DNA of 64,000 bases from Marsupella aquatica (taxonomy: Eukaryota; Plantae; Marchantiophyta): contig OZ316893.1 of assembly GCA_973895155.1 (NCBI GenBank), positions 17,142,645-17,206,644 of the forward strand. The letters run 5' to 3'. A model generated the notes under the pieces. It did not search any database and had not been told where the DNA came from. It worked only from the letters and a program-made list of their open reading frames with translations. The translations under genes and the position numbers were made by a program. Below, in pieces: positions 13,731 through 25,548 of this stretch. How positions within the stretch are numbered: position 1 is the first letter of the stretch; each line of letters starts with the position of its first letter.

Positions 13731-14678
13731 AGTGTCTTAACGCTTTCCCCCTCTATGCACGATATCCGTCAACACGTCGGATCTTGGCGAAGCTCTCAGA
13801 GATACGCTCTGTTACACCTATTTTATCTGTTGCCGAGAACCAGAAAAATGACCAAAATTGAAATGTTTTCTGGAACAGTATTGCAGGAGATGGACAGAGA
13901 CAAGGCAACACTCATGCTTGACACAGCAGGGCAGAGTTGGTACACGCATCTATGCGTAAATCTTCATCTACTACAAAGGTTGGGTTAGTAAAATCTTGTA
14001 CCGTGGATGCATCTTGCGCATTGAGCTAGAATGGAGCTTTGAAGAACTACAAACTCAGTGGGAGGAAAGGACGGGGACTGAGCTTGTTTGAACTTTGACT
14101 TTGAGATGCTACTGCCCGTTGGGAATGTTGAATCTTTCTTTCCAAAATTGAACATCGTTGTAACTCAACCACACTTGCGTGAGTTCTCATCCGCAGACCC
14201 ACTTAGCAAAGATGTAGAAACGGTTCCTATGAAACATGGGAAGGCCGCTGCTGGCCATCATGTTGTAGTAGAAGATTCCCACTGGCCTGACATTGTTTTG
14301 GTAACTAGACCAAAGAAGAGGAAGTTCAGGGGGATTGCAAACAGGGACGCAAACTTGAAAAGCCACGATGCTAAAGTTGTGGATCTGTCGTCCGATGGCT
14401 CTTGTGGCTCGGGCAAACTAGATGTCGTCATTGTGGAACCCCAAACAACAAGGTCAACCCCACGTCCGGAGCCTATGAGAAGACGTGTTTAGGAAAGTGA
14501 TTTGGTTCCAGGCGTGTTCTTTTTGGCTTGCATCTCAATAATTGGTAAGAGTCCGCGTTGTCGAGGTGCATTCAAAGGCAAGGAACGGGGAGTATGCGCT
14601 CAATTTATTAGAGAGGCAGGACTAAAAGTAAGTGGATTAGGCGTTGTTTGTATCTATTGGCTGGCTGAGAGTAAATTT

Positions 14679-15022
14679 TGTTGAGCATAGACGACATTTG
14701 TAACGGCAAGCCCATGAACCATCCAACGCACAATAGTCAACACAGAGAGATACGTGGTTCACCTCCACATGAGGCTACGTCCACGGGAACACACAAGAGC
14801 TTTACTGCATTCTAGGCCAACCGGCCATACCAAGCATCCACAGCACAAGCTCTCCCTATCTCTCAACTAGCTCCATAAAAATGAGCCTAAGTTCCACCAG
14901 GGTCTGGCATCAGCCCTGGCTATATACACACCAGCACTACCGCTAACATTAGCTAAGTCCTAACCCCAGTTAGACTAACTGTGGTTAGCTCATGAGTCAC
15001 AAGACTAGAGCAATATCTAACA
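14679..15022 (-). repeat. Copia 3' LTR (~344 bp)
   Basis: TGTTGAG...CTAACA termini, adjacent to the PPT; the outer boundary cannot be confirmed against a second LTR. Confidence 0.7.
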
Positions 15023-15229
15023 AACTCCCCCTTGACTCTTGTCTTGGGGACAGAACTAAATGCAACCATATGGAATCCTCAGCGGGAAGTTCTAGACAAT
15101 CACCAAACCAGGTCTCCCCCTAAAAACCACAAGGGTTAACTAAGGGTTAACTAGAACTAAGCCGTAGCCTAATAGGAATGAGTAATCCATATACAAATAG
15201 TCACACATTGCTAAATAAATCTACTTGCA

Positions 15230-18140
15230 CTACAACTGCAAAACCTGCAAAGTAGCACGGTGTCTTGAGAAACTCTCCAAAGAAATCACTTTGGTAAAAG
15301 CATCAACAGGATTGAGCTTTCCATCAATCTTGACTAGCTCAAAAGTTTTATCAGACACTGCTTGCCTGATAAAATGGTACTTGATATCAATGTGCTTCAC
15401 CCTACTATCCATCACCTGGTTAGCAGCCAAGTGAAGAGCACTATGACTATCACAGTTTAGAGTCATTTTTCCATGCTCTAAACCTATCTCCGCGATCAAC
15501 TTATCCAACCAAATTGCTTCCTTTGCTGCTTCTGCTGCTGCAACATACTCTGCTTCTGTAGTAGACTAAGAAATGCACTTCTGCAAGGTAGATTTCCAAC
15601 TGATACATCCTCCTCCAAGAGTGTATACAAACCCAGTTGTAGACCTCCTTGTATCCAGACAGCCTCCATAGTCAGAATCTACATAGCCAACTAACGTTCT
15701 ATTTGATCTGTTATCAAATAGTAATCCATAGTCCTGTGTTCCCTTCAGATACCTGAGAATCCACTTCACAGCTTCCCAATGTACCTTCCCATGAATCTGC
15801 TAACCTTGCCCATCGCTAGGGCCAAGTCAGGCCTAGTACAAGTCATCAAATACATCAGACTGCCTACTGCCTTCTCATAAAGAATCTTAGCCATTAGACC
15901 TTTCTCCACAGCATCCGTAGGAGAGAAAGCCGATGATAACTTAAAATGTGAAGCTAAAGGAATACTCACTGGCTTACAGTTTTCCATGTTGAATCGGGCA
16001 AGTACTTTCCTCGCATACTGGCCTTGACTCAAGCACAACTGTCCAGTATCAGAGTTCCTACAAATCTCCATCCCTAAGATCCTCTTGGCCTTACCAAGAT
16101 CCTTCATCATGAATTCAGCACTCAATTTTGCCTTGAGACTGTCAACCTCAGATTGATCTTTAGCCACAATCAGCATGTCATCCACATAGATCACCAGAAT
16201 GATGAAACCAAATACATCATTCTTGACTGATTTCGTATACACACAAGGATCATACACCATCCTTGTAAAACCTTGAGCAAACATGAAATCATCAAACCGC
16301 TTGTTCCATTGTCTGGGAGACTGCTTCAATCCATACAAGGACTTGAGCAATCTGCAAACTAAGTTCTCTTGGCCCTTCTTCATAAAGCCTAGTGGTTGTC
16401 TCATGAAGATCAATTCTTCCAAGTTGCCATAGAGAAAAACAGTAACAACATCCATCTGATCCATCACCAGATTAAAAAACACAACAAGCTGACACAAGAT
16501 CCGAATTGTGGAATACTTAGACACCGGTGAAAAGATCTCATTGTAGTCCACTCCTTTCTCCTGAGTGAACCCCTTGGCAACAAGCCTTGCCTTGTAGATC
16601 TTATCTCCACCCTTTGAAGGACTGTCCTTCAACTTGTAAATCCACTTGCTGTCCACCACTTGCTGACCTCTTGGAAGCTCCACCAGCTCCCATGTCTTGT
16701 TGTCACTCAAAGATTGTAACTTCCTCTACATTGCTGCATTCCACTCATGCTTCTGCTCTGAAGCACAAGCCTCACTGTACGAAGAAGGATCTCCTTCTTC
16801 CAAGATCAAAGCCATGTCATCTTCATCAGGTGCAATGTCAATATCATCTAGCTTAGATGAGTCTGCCCATTGACCATACCTGGTAGGAGCTCTAGTAGAA
16901 TGACTGGAAGTTCTTCTAGTAGATGACTCAGGCTGATCTGCTGCTGCTGGTTGAATTTGAGGTACCCCAACAACAAATTGCTCCTCTTGTTCCATCACAG
17001 AAACCAGCTCCAAGCTCGGAGCTTCTCCATCTCTCCTGTCATGAACAACATCATAACTAATCTCCCCCTCAACCCGGTCCGGGATGGGAGATTTCCCCTT
17101 GTCAGTATGGGAGTCCTGAGAACTCTCCCCCTCCTTTGATGATCTAGATTCATTAAAGGACACATCTCTACTGACAATTAGCTTACAGGTTACTGGATCC
17201 CATAACCTATAACCCTTCACACCTTTTTGATAGCCAAGGAAAATGCACTTCTTTGACTTGGACTCTAGCTTGGATCACACCTGGGAAGGTGTAAGCACAT
17301 AAGCATCACATCCAAACATCCTCAGATGTGAGTAATCTGCTGGACGCCCGTACCTCATTTCAAATGGCGTCTTGAATCCAATAGAACTGGATGGAGAGAA
17401 ATTTACCAAATAAACTACAGTGTTGACAGCTTCAGCCCAAAACTCATGCGATAAGCATGATTGACTCAACATACTCCTCGAGTGGTCCAATAGTGTTTGG
17501 TTGAGTCTCTCAGAAACACTATTCTGCTGAGGAGTATAACTTGTTGTGAGATGACGGGTAATCCCCTGCTCCTTACAATACGTTCCAAATTCCCCAGAAT
17601 TGTATTCACCACCGTTATCCGATCGAAGATATCTCACCTTATTACCAGTCTGATTCTCAACTTGGGCTTGCCACTCCTTAAAAGTGGCAAAAACATCAAA
17701 CTTATTGTGTAGAAAGTATATCCACACATACCTTGAGTAATCGTCAATGAACGTGACATAGTATGACCGTCCAGAATGTGAGGGAGTAGGGGCTGGACCC
17801 CACACATCACTATGTACATACTCAAGTACCTCCTTGCTGGTGTGAGTTCCAACTCCGAAGGGTTTCCTGTGCTGCTTCCCTAGCACACAGTGCTCACAAA
17901 ATTCTAACTTACAAGATTGCAAATTAGAAAGTAATCCTTTTTTCTGAAGAATAGTCAAACCTTTTTCACTCATGTGGCCCAAACGGAAGTGCCACAGCCG
18001 GGCCGTCTCCTCATGAGATAAGGTTACATTGGCTTGATCATAGACTACACTGCCCTCCAAAACGTATAGATTGCTATGTCTCTTTCCCTTCAATACAACT
18101 TTAGTACCAGTTGAAACCTGAAGGACACCATTAGTAGATG
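15230..18140 (-). pseudogene. Copia pol (GAG-pre-integrase, integrase, RT, RNase H) with stops and frameshifts
   Basis: LWHFRLGH..CEHC, VHSDVWGP, LRSDNGGEY, YKARLVAKGFTQ, YVDD, GYVDSDY, KHIDIKYHFIRQ, spread over five broken ORFs. Confidence 0.93.
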
Positions 18141-18171
18141 AGCGACGACGTGAAGGATTATCGACTTGTGC

Positions 18172-19545
18172 ATGGATTCAGACGCGGGTCCTAATATAGA
18201 GAGTTTTTCTGAGGCTTTCAGAAAAGAAGAGACTATGGAGGATATGATTAGGATGATGGCGGCTGCCATGCAGCTAATGAAGAGAGAGGATGCGATTAGT
18301 GAACGTGAAAGGAGAGAGAGGGAAACAGTAGAAAGGAGGGAGAGAGACCAGGAGATGAGGGCATCGAGATGCCTTCAAGCGGTACTCACAAATAGAGGTA
18401 GGTTTGATGGGTGGGATGTTACCCGATTTTTAGAAGAGTATAAGACACAAGTCGAGATACAAATGGTGGATGAGGTTGTGGCGATCCGAAAGTTTGTCAC
18501 GGTTGTTGAGATGAGTTTGAAGGGGTCAGTTCAGGTTTTGGTAGATAAGTCAGTAGAGGATAGGACTTGGAGGGACTTTGAGCGTAGAATGAAAGAGGAA
18601 TTTCAGTTAGAGGATTCGAGTAGGGAAACTCACACTTCCTTCCTAGATTGGGTTAACGAGAGAGACAAGAGGCTTGAGCCACAACAGTTACTTCGAGAGT
18701 TCACTCGAAGGATGAGCCAGCTCCCTTGGCGTGATGTGAGAATTATTGAGCTCCATAAGTCAGAGCTGTTTTTGAGAGCAGCAGGGGAGCAGCTTAGGGA
18801 TGAACTAGAAAATGCCATGGATCTATTAGAACCCACTTGGGCGGAAGGACCAGCGGATTGGAGTCTGGTCGAGAGGGCAGTAATGAGAGTGAATGAGCGT
18901 AGGAGGAGAAGAGAAAACGACAGAGAAGCCACAAGAGAGGTGGTAAGGAGGAGGGAGAGTGAGAGAGAGGTCACCAGGGATGTAGTTGGGAGGAGAGAAG
19001 ATGTCGAGAGGAGGGTGTAGGTGGAAGGGTCCAGCACGACTGACCTAGAGAAAATTGCTGAAGGAATAAGGCTTTTAACCTCCCATGTGATAGAGCAAAG
19101 GTCTCAGAGGACTGAGATTCCAAGAAGGGAACCAGCTGAGAGGAGGCCGAATGCTTTGTGTATGTGGTGTGATTCAAAAGATCACACCATAAATGAATGT
19201 AGGGAGTTGACGGAGGCCCTAAAAGAGCAATGGGCCAAGTTTGTAGGGGAACCAGGGAAGAAAAGGCTAGCATACTTTGACGATGGGGAAGGGGTTCCAT
19301 TAAACTTTGGGAAAGGAGGGATGAAGGTGCTTGTTGAAAAGCATAGGGGAAAGGCAAAGGTTGGGGCAATGATGTATGAGCCTAGGGTTTATGTAGCAGA
19401 ACGGGATAGAGTAGAGGCGAGTGGTGGTACCAGGTCTAACTTTGATGAGGTGAGTGAGAAGAGATATGCTGAGTATTTGCGGAGGGAAACTGGTTGGAAA
19501 GCACCAGTTTTTGTGAACTCTATTCAGCAAGGAAAAGAAGGCTGA
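18172..19545 (+). pseudogene. Gypsy gag fragment (element D), homologous to gag of element E; one in-frame stop
   Basis: SRCLQAVLTNRGRFDGWDVT, MKEEFQLED, LFLRAA..LENAM and CMWCDSKDH..EC align by eye with 40443-41897. Followed by a decayed purine-rich stretch to ~21.7 kb with no recognisable pol or LTR. Confidence 0.8.
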
Positions 19546-21739
19546 GATCCAAGAAGAAATTCTGAGCTTGGAGATCGCGAATGCAGTGGGAAGTATGTCT
19601 TTCGGGTGATTGATGGCAGAGTCAGTAGTCGTGATGCTGTGTGAGCGATGCGTGAGTGGCAAAAGTTTTATTTTGGGGAGTAAGGAATCGTTTCCGATAT
19701 GGCAAGGATTGATGGGAGATAGTATCGAAAGGAAGCAGTCAAAAAGTGATCAAGTGAAAAGGGGATAAGGAGGACGGGAGAAATTGGGCAGAAAAGCTTT
19801 TGAAGGATTTGCGTGGTGCAGAGGAACGAGGCTGGTCGCGTTAGGGAATCCAGAGAAGAACGATGGCCGGCTGAAAGAGATTGAAGGTCATGGCAGAATT
19901 GAGTTTTCCTGAAGCTGATGGTCAAAAGTGATTTGGTTGAGAGGAGAGGGAAGCGCCTGAAAGTGGACAGTAAAATCGATAAGGAGTAGCATACTGGTGA
20001 CTTGGAGTGACACGGATATGGAGAGGAATTCAAGGACGGAAGTTGAGAAAAGAGAAGTGAAAATGTGACTGTGAGTTCAGAGGGAAAGAGAAGAGGGTAA
20101 TTCAAAAACCAAGCAATGGGCTGAGGCGCGCGATGGAGGTTCGGGGAGGTGAGGAGAAGCTGTAAAGATTGAGTACAATGAGGTGATGTGGTGAATTTTC
20201 TGGTTAAAGCTCTGGCGCTGAAGAAAAGGGTACAGAACTTTTACGATGAGACAGAGTCGAGAGTGAGGAGGATCGAGGCGTGATTTCCTTTAATGGTGAA
20301 GGATTGAGGTGGAGTAAAGGACAGATCGGCAGACTAAGAAGAAATTTTTGGCTGGTCGAGGATAATAAAAACTTAAATTCTGGAGGAATGGAACAACACT
20401 TCCAAGAGAGATCAAAGACGAAGGGAATTGAAGCCGTATTGGAACATTCGAGAGAGCAATTAAAAGGGAAGAGATTGTTGTGACAGTAGGAGATAAAATA
20501 GACAAGTGTTAAACAAGAAGAAAGCTAAAGGTTCGAGGAGAACAACGGTCATTCGAGTGCGCAGAACCGAAGGGCGATTTGAAGTAAGAGAGGTTGACGT
20601 GTGTTTTTTTTTGTGAGCGAGAGATGGAAAGTGGACGGTATGTAGGAAGAAATGTGCAAGAGAGTGAGTGGAAGACGTGGTGGTGAGTCTCAAAGCGATT
20701 AAAGAAAGAAACTTTATTGACAGCAAGAGAGAGAGACAGGGAAAATTCTGCTCGACTATGAGAGTGGAGAAGACAGGCAGGAGCTGCGCAAACATTGCAA
20801 ATCTGCTGCTGCTAATGAAGAAGATGATGCATTTTGAAGAGCGGAGTTTTTCAGTATGAAGATAATGGAAATTCAGAGCTGAAGTGAATGTATGGAAGGA
20901 AATAAGTTTCTCGGTTTCAAGTGTTATGAGACGAAGCTCAGAAATGTGTAATAGAAGGGATAAAGCATCAGAAGAAGGGCCAGAAAAAACAGAAAACCTA
21001 TCTTTAGGAAAAAGAAGATCAAAGGAGAATTAAGAGTAACAAGGTGGAGAGCCATGGTGGGGATTTGAAACTCAATGAGAAACCAGGAATAAGGAAGTTA
21101 ACTGCATTCGACGAGTGGAACCTGGTGATTGGATCCATCTTTAGGTTAGGGATAGTCCGTTGCCATGGGGTATGAGGATAGTGGCCGTAAGTTCTTTTTG
21201 CTATGGGACTGGAAACTTGAGGAGAGAAGGAAGAAGAGCCAAGAAGAAAAGTGTAAGAGGACCGACGACATAAAGGAAGCACGGCGGAGACTAAAATTGT
21301 GTCCAACATGTTTGGGGGAAACCATCGATGAGCTTGAGACCGAGACCTGACCTGATGATTGAGCTGAGTTTAGTGGAGAGACCTGAGTTAGGAGATGAGT
21401 CACCAAAAAACACTTTGTAAACTCAAACCAAATTTCATATTTTGAAAATGATTGAAATAAAAAGATGAGTTTGGATTATTTTATGTGATCAAAAATGAAG
21501 AAATGCTCTTGTGGTAAAAGTGTTTAATTGTTATGGAAATGTGAGTGATGCATCGAATTTAGATAAAAGTAGCAACTTAGTATCTTAAGTTAAAATAGCT
21601 TAGTGTAATTTCGTATTTAAAATGGAAACTGATTAGGATTAAGAAAGATTAAACTAACTTAAGAAATATTATGATAAATCCAAGTCCCTAAAAGTATTAA
21701 AAGTCTACTTTTATACCGCTTTAAACTGGTCCCCGGACA

Positions 21740-24610
21740 GCGCTTGTCCCTATAGCCCAATTTAGCTACTCCTAACTCTATTTTAATCCTACTCCGCCGC
21801 TAATGCCTGGCACGCTTGCTAGAGCCACCCAAGTGGGAGCGACTATCCCGCAGCCTCCTGAGCCTGTCGGCATCCTGCTTGAGTAGTTGGACCTGGTCCA
21901 GTAGAGATTTGTTCTCATGCTTCATCGTGTCCGTCTCTTCCGTAGCCTCCTGACATGCCTCCTCCAGTTGCTGGACGTCGCTCGTTAGCTTATCCACCAA
22001 CTGGGCTTGCTTTGTGGCTTCTCCTTGAAGCCGCGCCACCTCTGTCTTCAGGGTGTCAATCTTGGCTGCGTCCCTCTGAGACCGAGAGTCAGCTTCCTTC
22101 AGATCTTTCTGCCAAATGACGGCTTGTCCCTTCAAACCGTCAATCTTGGTCCAAAGCCGTGCGATCTCAAAGTCCTTTCCGAGCCCGGCCTGCTCTACTA
22201 AGGCTGCCCGGGCCCTGGCCTTGGCAACCTGATCCTCCATGGCCGTTAGCTGAGGTCGTAGTTGCTGGAGTTCAGTCTCCAAGGCTGCCACTTCGTCCTT
22301 TAGGTAGACAGATTCAACCCGGTACCGCTCTATTCTCTGCGCCGTCTTAGCTTGCGCATGTCTTGCCTTTACAGCCGCAACCAACTCTTGGTTGAAGAAG
22401 TAGGCCACCTTCCGTGCCATGTATTCCCCGGTATCCCGTGCAATTTGTTGAGAGAAATCTCCCAACAACCCGTTCAAAAATGTGCCCGGCGCAAAGAGTT
22501 CTGGGTGATCCAGACTATGCCCATTTGGATTCGGGCACGGGCAGACCCTAGCCCACGAGGGAGTAGGAGTGGAAACATCCAGCCCTTGAGGTAAGTCAGT
22601 CAAAGGGGCTGGTTCCACTGGGGCTGGGTGGTCCTCCTGCACAGTCATGGGAGGTGACAGGATTTCCTCGGCCACCATAGTATCGGGTTTGGGTCTGGCC
22701 TCACCCGGCCCGGCTTTGATTGCGTTGACCTGGTTGATTGCTTCCAAGGTCGCAATAACTACATCCATGGGTACGCTTGGCAGGGTGGTAGCGGCTGGTG
22801 GCAGGGTCGGGGAACCAGGTCTTGCGACAGTCAGGTTTTGGGCCTCCGGCTGCGGTCGCCTCTCCTGAGCCGGGAACACCCACTTTGACGGAGTCAATTC
22901 CGTCTCGTTGCTATGGGGAAGGCTTTGGCGGTCAAAACGAGCATACCACTTGATGATGATCTCGATGTGGCTCGTGAAGTATGCCTTTCTGCCAAGGTAT
23001 AAGGTCTTCCTTCTCCGCTCCATCTCCTCGTGGAACTTCTTAACGAAGAAGGACGCCCACTTCCTAGGCCGAAAGTTCTCTACTTGTATGACCTGGGCGG
23101 CGGATATTTTTCCCCATGGTTCCATCATGTGGAGGGCATACCGCTGGAACTCCAGGCGTTCTGCTACCTCCGGGATGAGGCACATCCTCATCAAGAATCC
23201 ATTGTCCACTACTCCCTCGGCCGGGAAGCTAGAGGACTGGTATTTAGCTCCCTTGCCCCCAGGAGCCCAAGACTCTACCCGGTTTATCCCCTCGGGTAGG
23301 TCGAAAATCATCTTCAAACATGCCTCATTGAGACACATCACTCTCCCGTGCGCCCGGGTTTGTTGACGGGCCTCATCGAAGTTCTGAATGAACTCCGTCA
23401 TATCCTGCCCTTAGTACCTGCTTTCATTCCAAGGGAGAGAGGCGAGGTGCTCAAACCCTTGGGTCTTCAGGTAGCATGCATGCTTGGGGTGGAGGATGTT
23501 CTTGTGAACATTCTCCCCCATGTGACGCATGGTCAGCTTGGCCACTGCAACCGTGGCTAAAGGCAACCCGGATATAGCTACGGGTTCCTTTCTCTTTCTA
23601 CCCCGAGACTGATTCCCGGGGTGACTAGAAGAGGGGGACATCTCCCCATCCTCCCGGTCGGGCGGCAATAGTGCTACTGCTGTGAGTATTGGTGTCGGGG
23701 CCACTAGAGTCACCATGTTATCCCCTCCGGCTTGCTGGAGTGGCACCGGGTTGCTTGGCGCCTGTTGAGTCGTACCCTGCGGCCATCGATTCAGAGGAGG
23801 GTGAGCTTCCTCATCTTTGGAGCTAATATTCATCGCATTTACCACGGATCGCACTCAAAGAGGTGGTGCTACCGATGGTGGAGATTGACTTGGCTGAGGC
23901 CGAGGCGGTGTTGGTGCGGTCATGGATGGGTTGGTGCCAGTTGCGGCTGGTGGAGGCGCCATGAGATTCAGGTAGTCCCTTGGGAAGTCAAGTGATGTTA
24001 GGATAGGAGTCTCACTTGTTTGAGCAGGGCCAAACTGACAGTTGATGGAGGCTTGAACTTCGGCTAAGGACTTGGCTAAGTGACTTCCTACGGATAGGAA
24101 TTGCAGCCAAAATCGAAGGGCCGAACTGGACAATATCGTGATAGACATCCAGGAGTGACGGTGGGCGACTAAGGAGGGACGAATTGGCTGAGGTCGAAGC
24201 TGGCACGCGGAATGGAGTGTGAGTGTAATGCAAGAGAATGGCCTTCCTTTTATACTCTGAGGGCTCATCGTCCGACCGGCCCCTCCTCCCTTCCAATAGG
24301 CCTAGCTTTTCACATACACAATGTACTGGCCACTCGCGGGTCCGGTTCAGAGCATGTCAACAGCCGCTTCCGAGAATTTGTTATACAGACCCGAAGTGTC
24401 CCCTTACACGCTCGTAACCCGAGAGTACAAATGGCGCTCTGCCGCCATCCCGAACGTAAATGCCCCTTATTAACTAATGATTCCCTAGTCATAAGTACTA
24501 CCTACTTAGTGTCGTTATGCTAATAACTACAGCCTACGGTGCCCCTAAAGGGGTGCGCTAAGCACGACTAGGCCGAATCAATCATTAACCGCCGTGCTGG
24601 CGGCGTCACA
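21740..24610 (-). mobile_element. Element C: truncated gene-bearing LTR-like segment (TG terminus at 24610, TATA box, long ORF)
   Basis: Minus strand starts TGTGACGCC, compared with TGTGATGCC at 25517. It abuts and truncates the 5' LTR of element A. TATAAAAGG at 24254-24246; no PBS seen before the ORF. Confidence 0.65.
21800..23962 (-). pseudogene. ~720-codon accessory ORF: Pro-rich N-terminus, basic NLS-like motif, Athila-ORF1/plant-transposon-protein-like domain, long coiled coil; two in-frame stops
   Basis: ORFs 23855-24268, 23411-23854 and 21800-23401 share one frame. RGRKRK; GFEHLASLPW...EFIQNFD...HGRVMCLNEACLKMIFDLP aligns with the 30518-32044 ORF; heptad-rich C-terminus. Confidence 0.7.
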
Positions 24611-25548
24611 ATAGAGTTGGCCTCATGGCTTAGTTCGCAGATCTTGTGTATGAAAAGTATTGTTTGTATGGCAAGTGCATGGTATAACTCAGTCAGAAGG
24701 ATTCATTTTGCTATTTGTGTGTCGCATTAGCTTGTTTGAAGATTGCCCACATCAACCAAGAGAGAAGGGAAGTAAGCAAGGCAATAAGAGTTGGATGTGT
24801 CGAGCTGAGAGAGGTCTTAGCGGCTAACCCAAGCCAATTGGGGATCATTCCGGCGGCGGAATCCAAACATACCTAAAGGAAGACCAGGAGAGGAAGAGAA
24901 GGGAAGGCATAGAATAGGCCGACTACTTATCTCATGATCCGATGAAGGATCTGTCCAGTATATGTGTGTAAAATGTTAGTAGAAGAGAGTTAGCAGCGTC
25001 CCATGCCGCTAAGCCGCGGAACCGGCATAGCCGAGAGCGAAACTTGCGGGAATCGGCTTGTGCAAGGGGGTTTCTTGGGTTTAGGGAGCCATGGGAAGCA
25101 CCACATTTTTGGCGCTAGATGGAGGGGGCATTTCTTAAGCCGTGAGATATGAAGTTAGGAAGGAAGTGTAGGTAATGACTGAACCTACACCGAGGGAGGA
25201 AAGATTGATTCAACGGGAGAGAGCTCAGCTGCAGCAGCTCGACGAGTGGCATGATACTCAACAACTGAGAGGGGCAGAAAGAGCTAGTAGCTCCGTAACT
25301 AAAAGTGGCATCGAAGAAGAAATACTAGAAGAAGAGTCGGTAAGGAGAAATAAGTCCCCAACCGACATGGGGGAACCAGAGGACTGCCAGACGAGAGGCT
25401 AGGAACCAGACTGAGCCAACGGTTGTGCATTCATTACAAGGCATTTCATAGAAGAGGAGATGAGGATCCTGACAAATGGTTGGATGACTTCGAGGGAACC
25501 GCTGCAGCAAATGGAGTGTGATGCCTAGCCAGGAATCACTAGGCCAGT

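Larger units (their letters stand above)
14679..18140 (-). mobile_element. Ty1/Copia LTR retrotransposon, 3' half only (gag, protease and 5' LTR missing)
   Basis: Order integrase-RT-RNaseH, then a PPT (+ strand AACTCCCCCTT, 15023-15033) and a TGTT...AACA LTR at 14679-15022. Confidence 0.93.
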
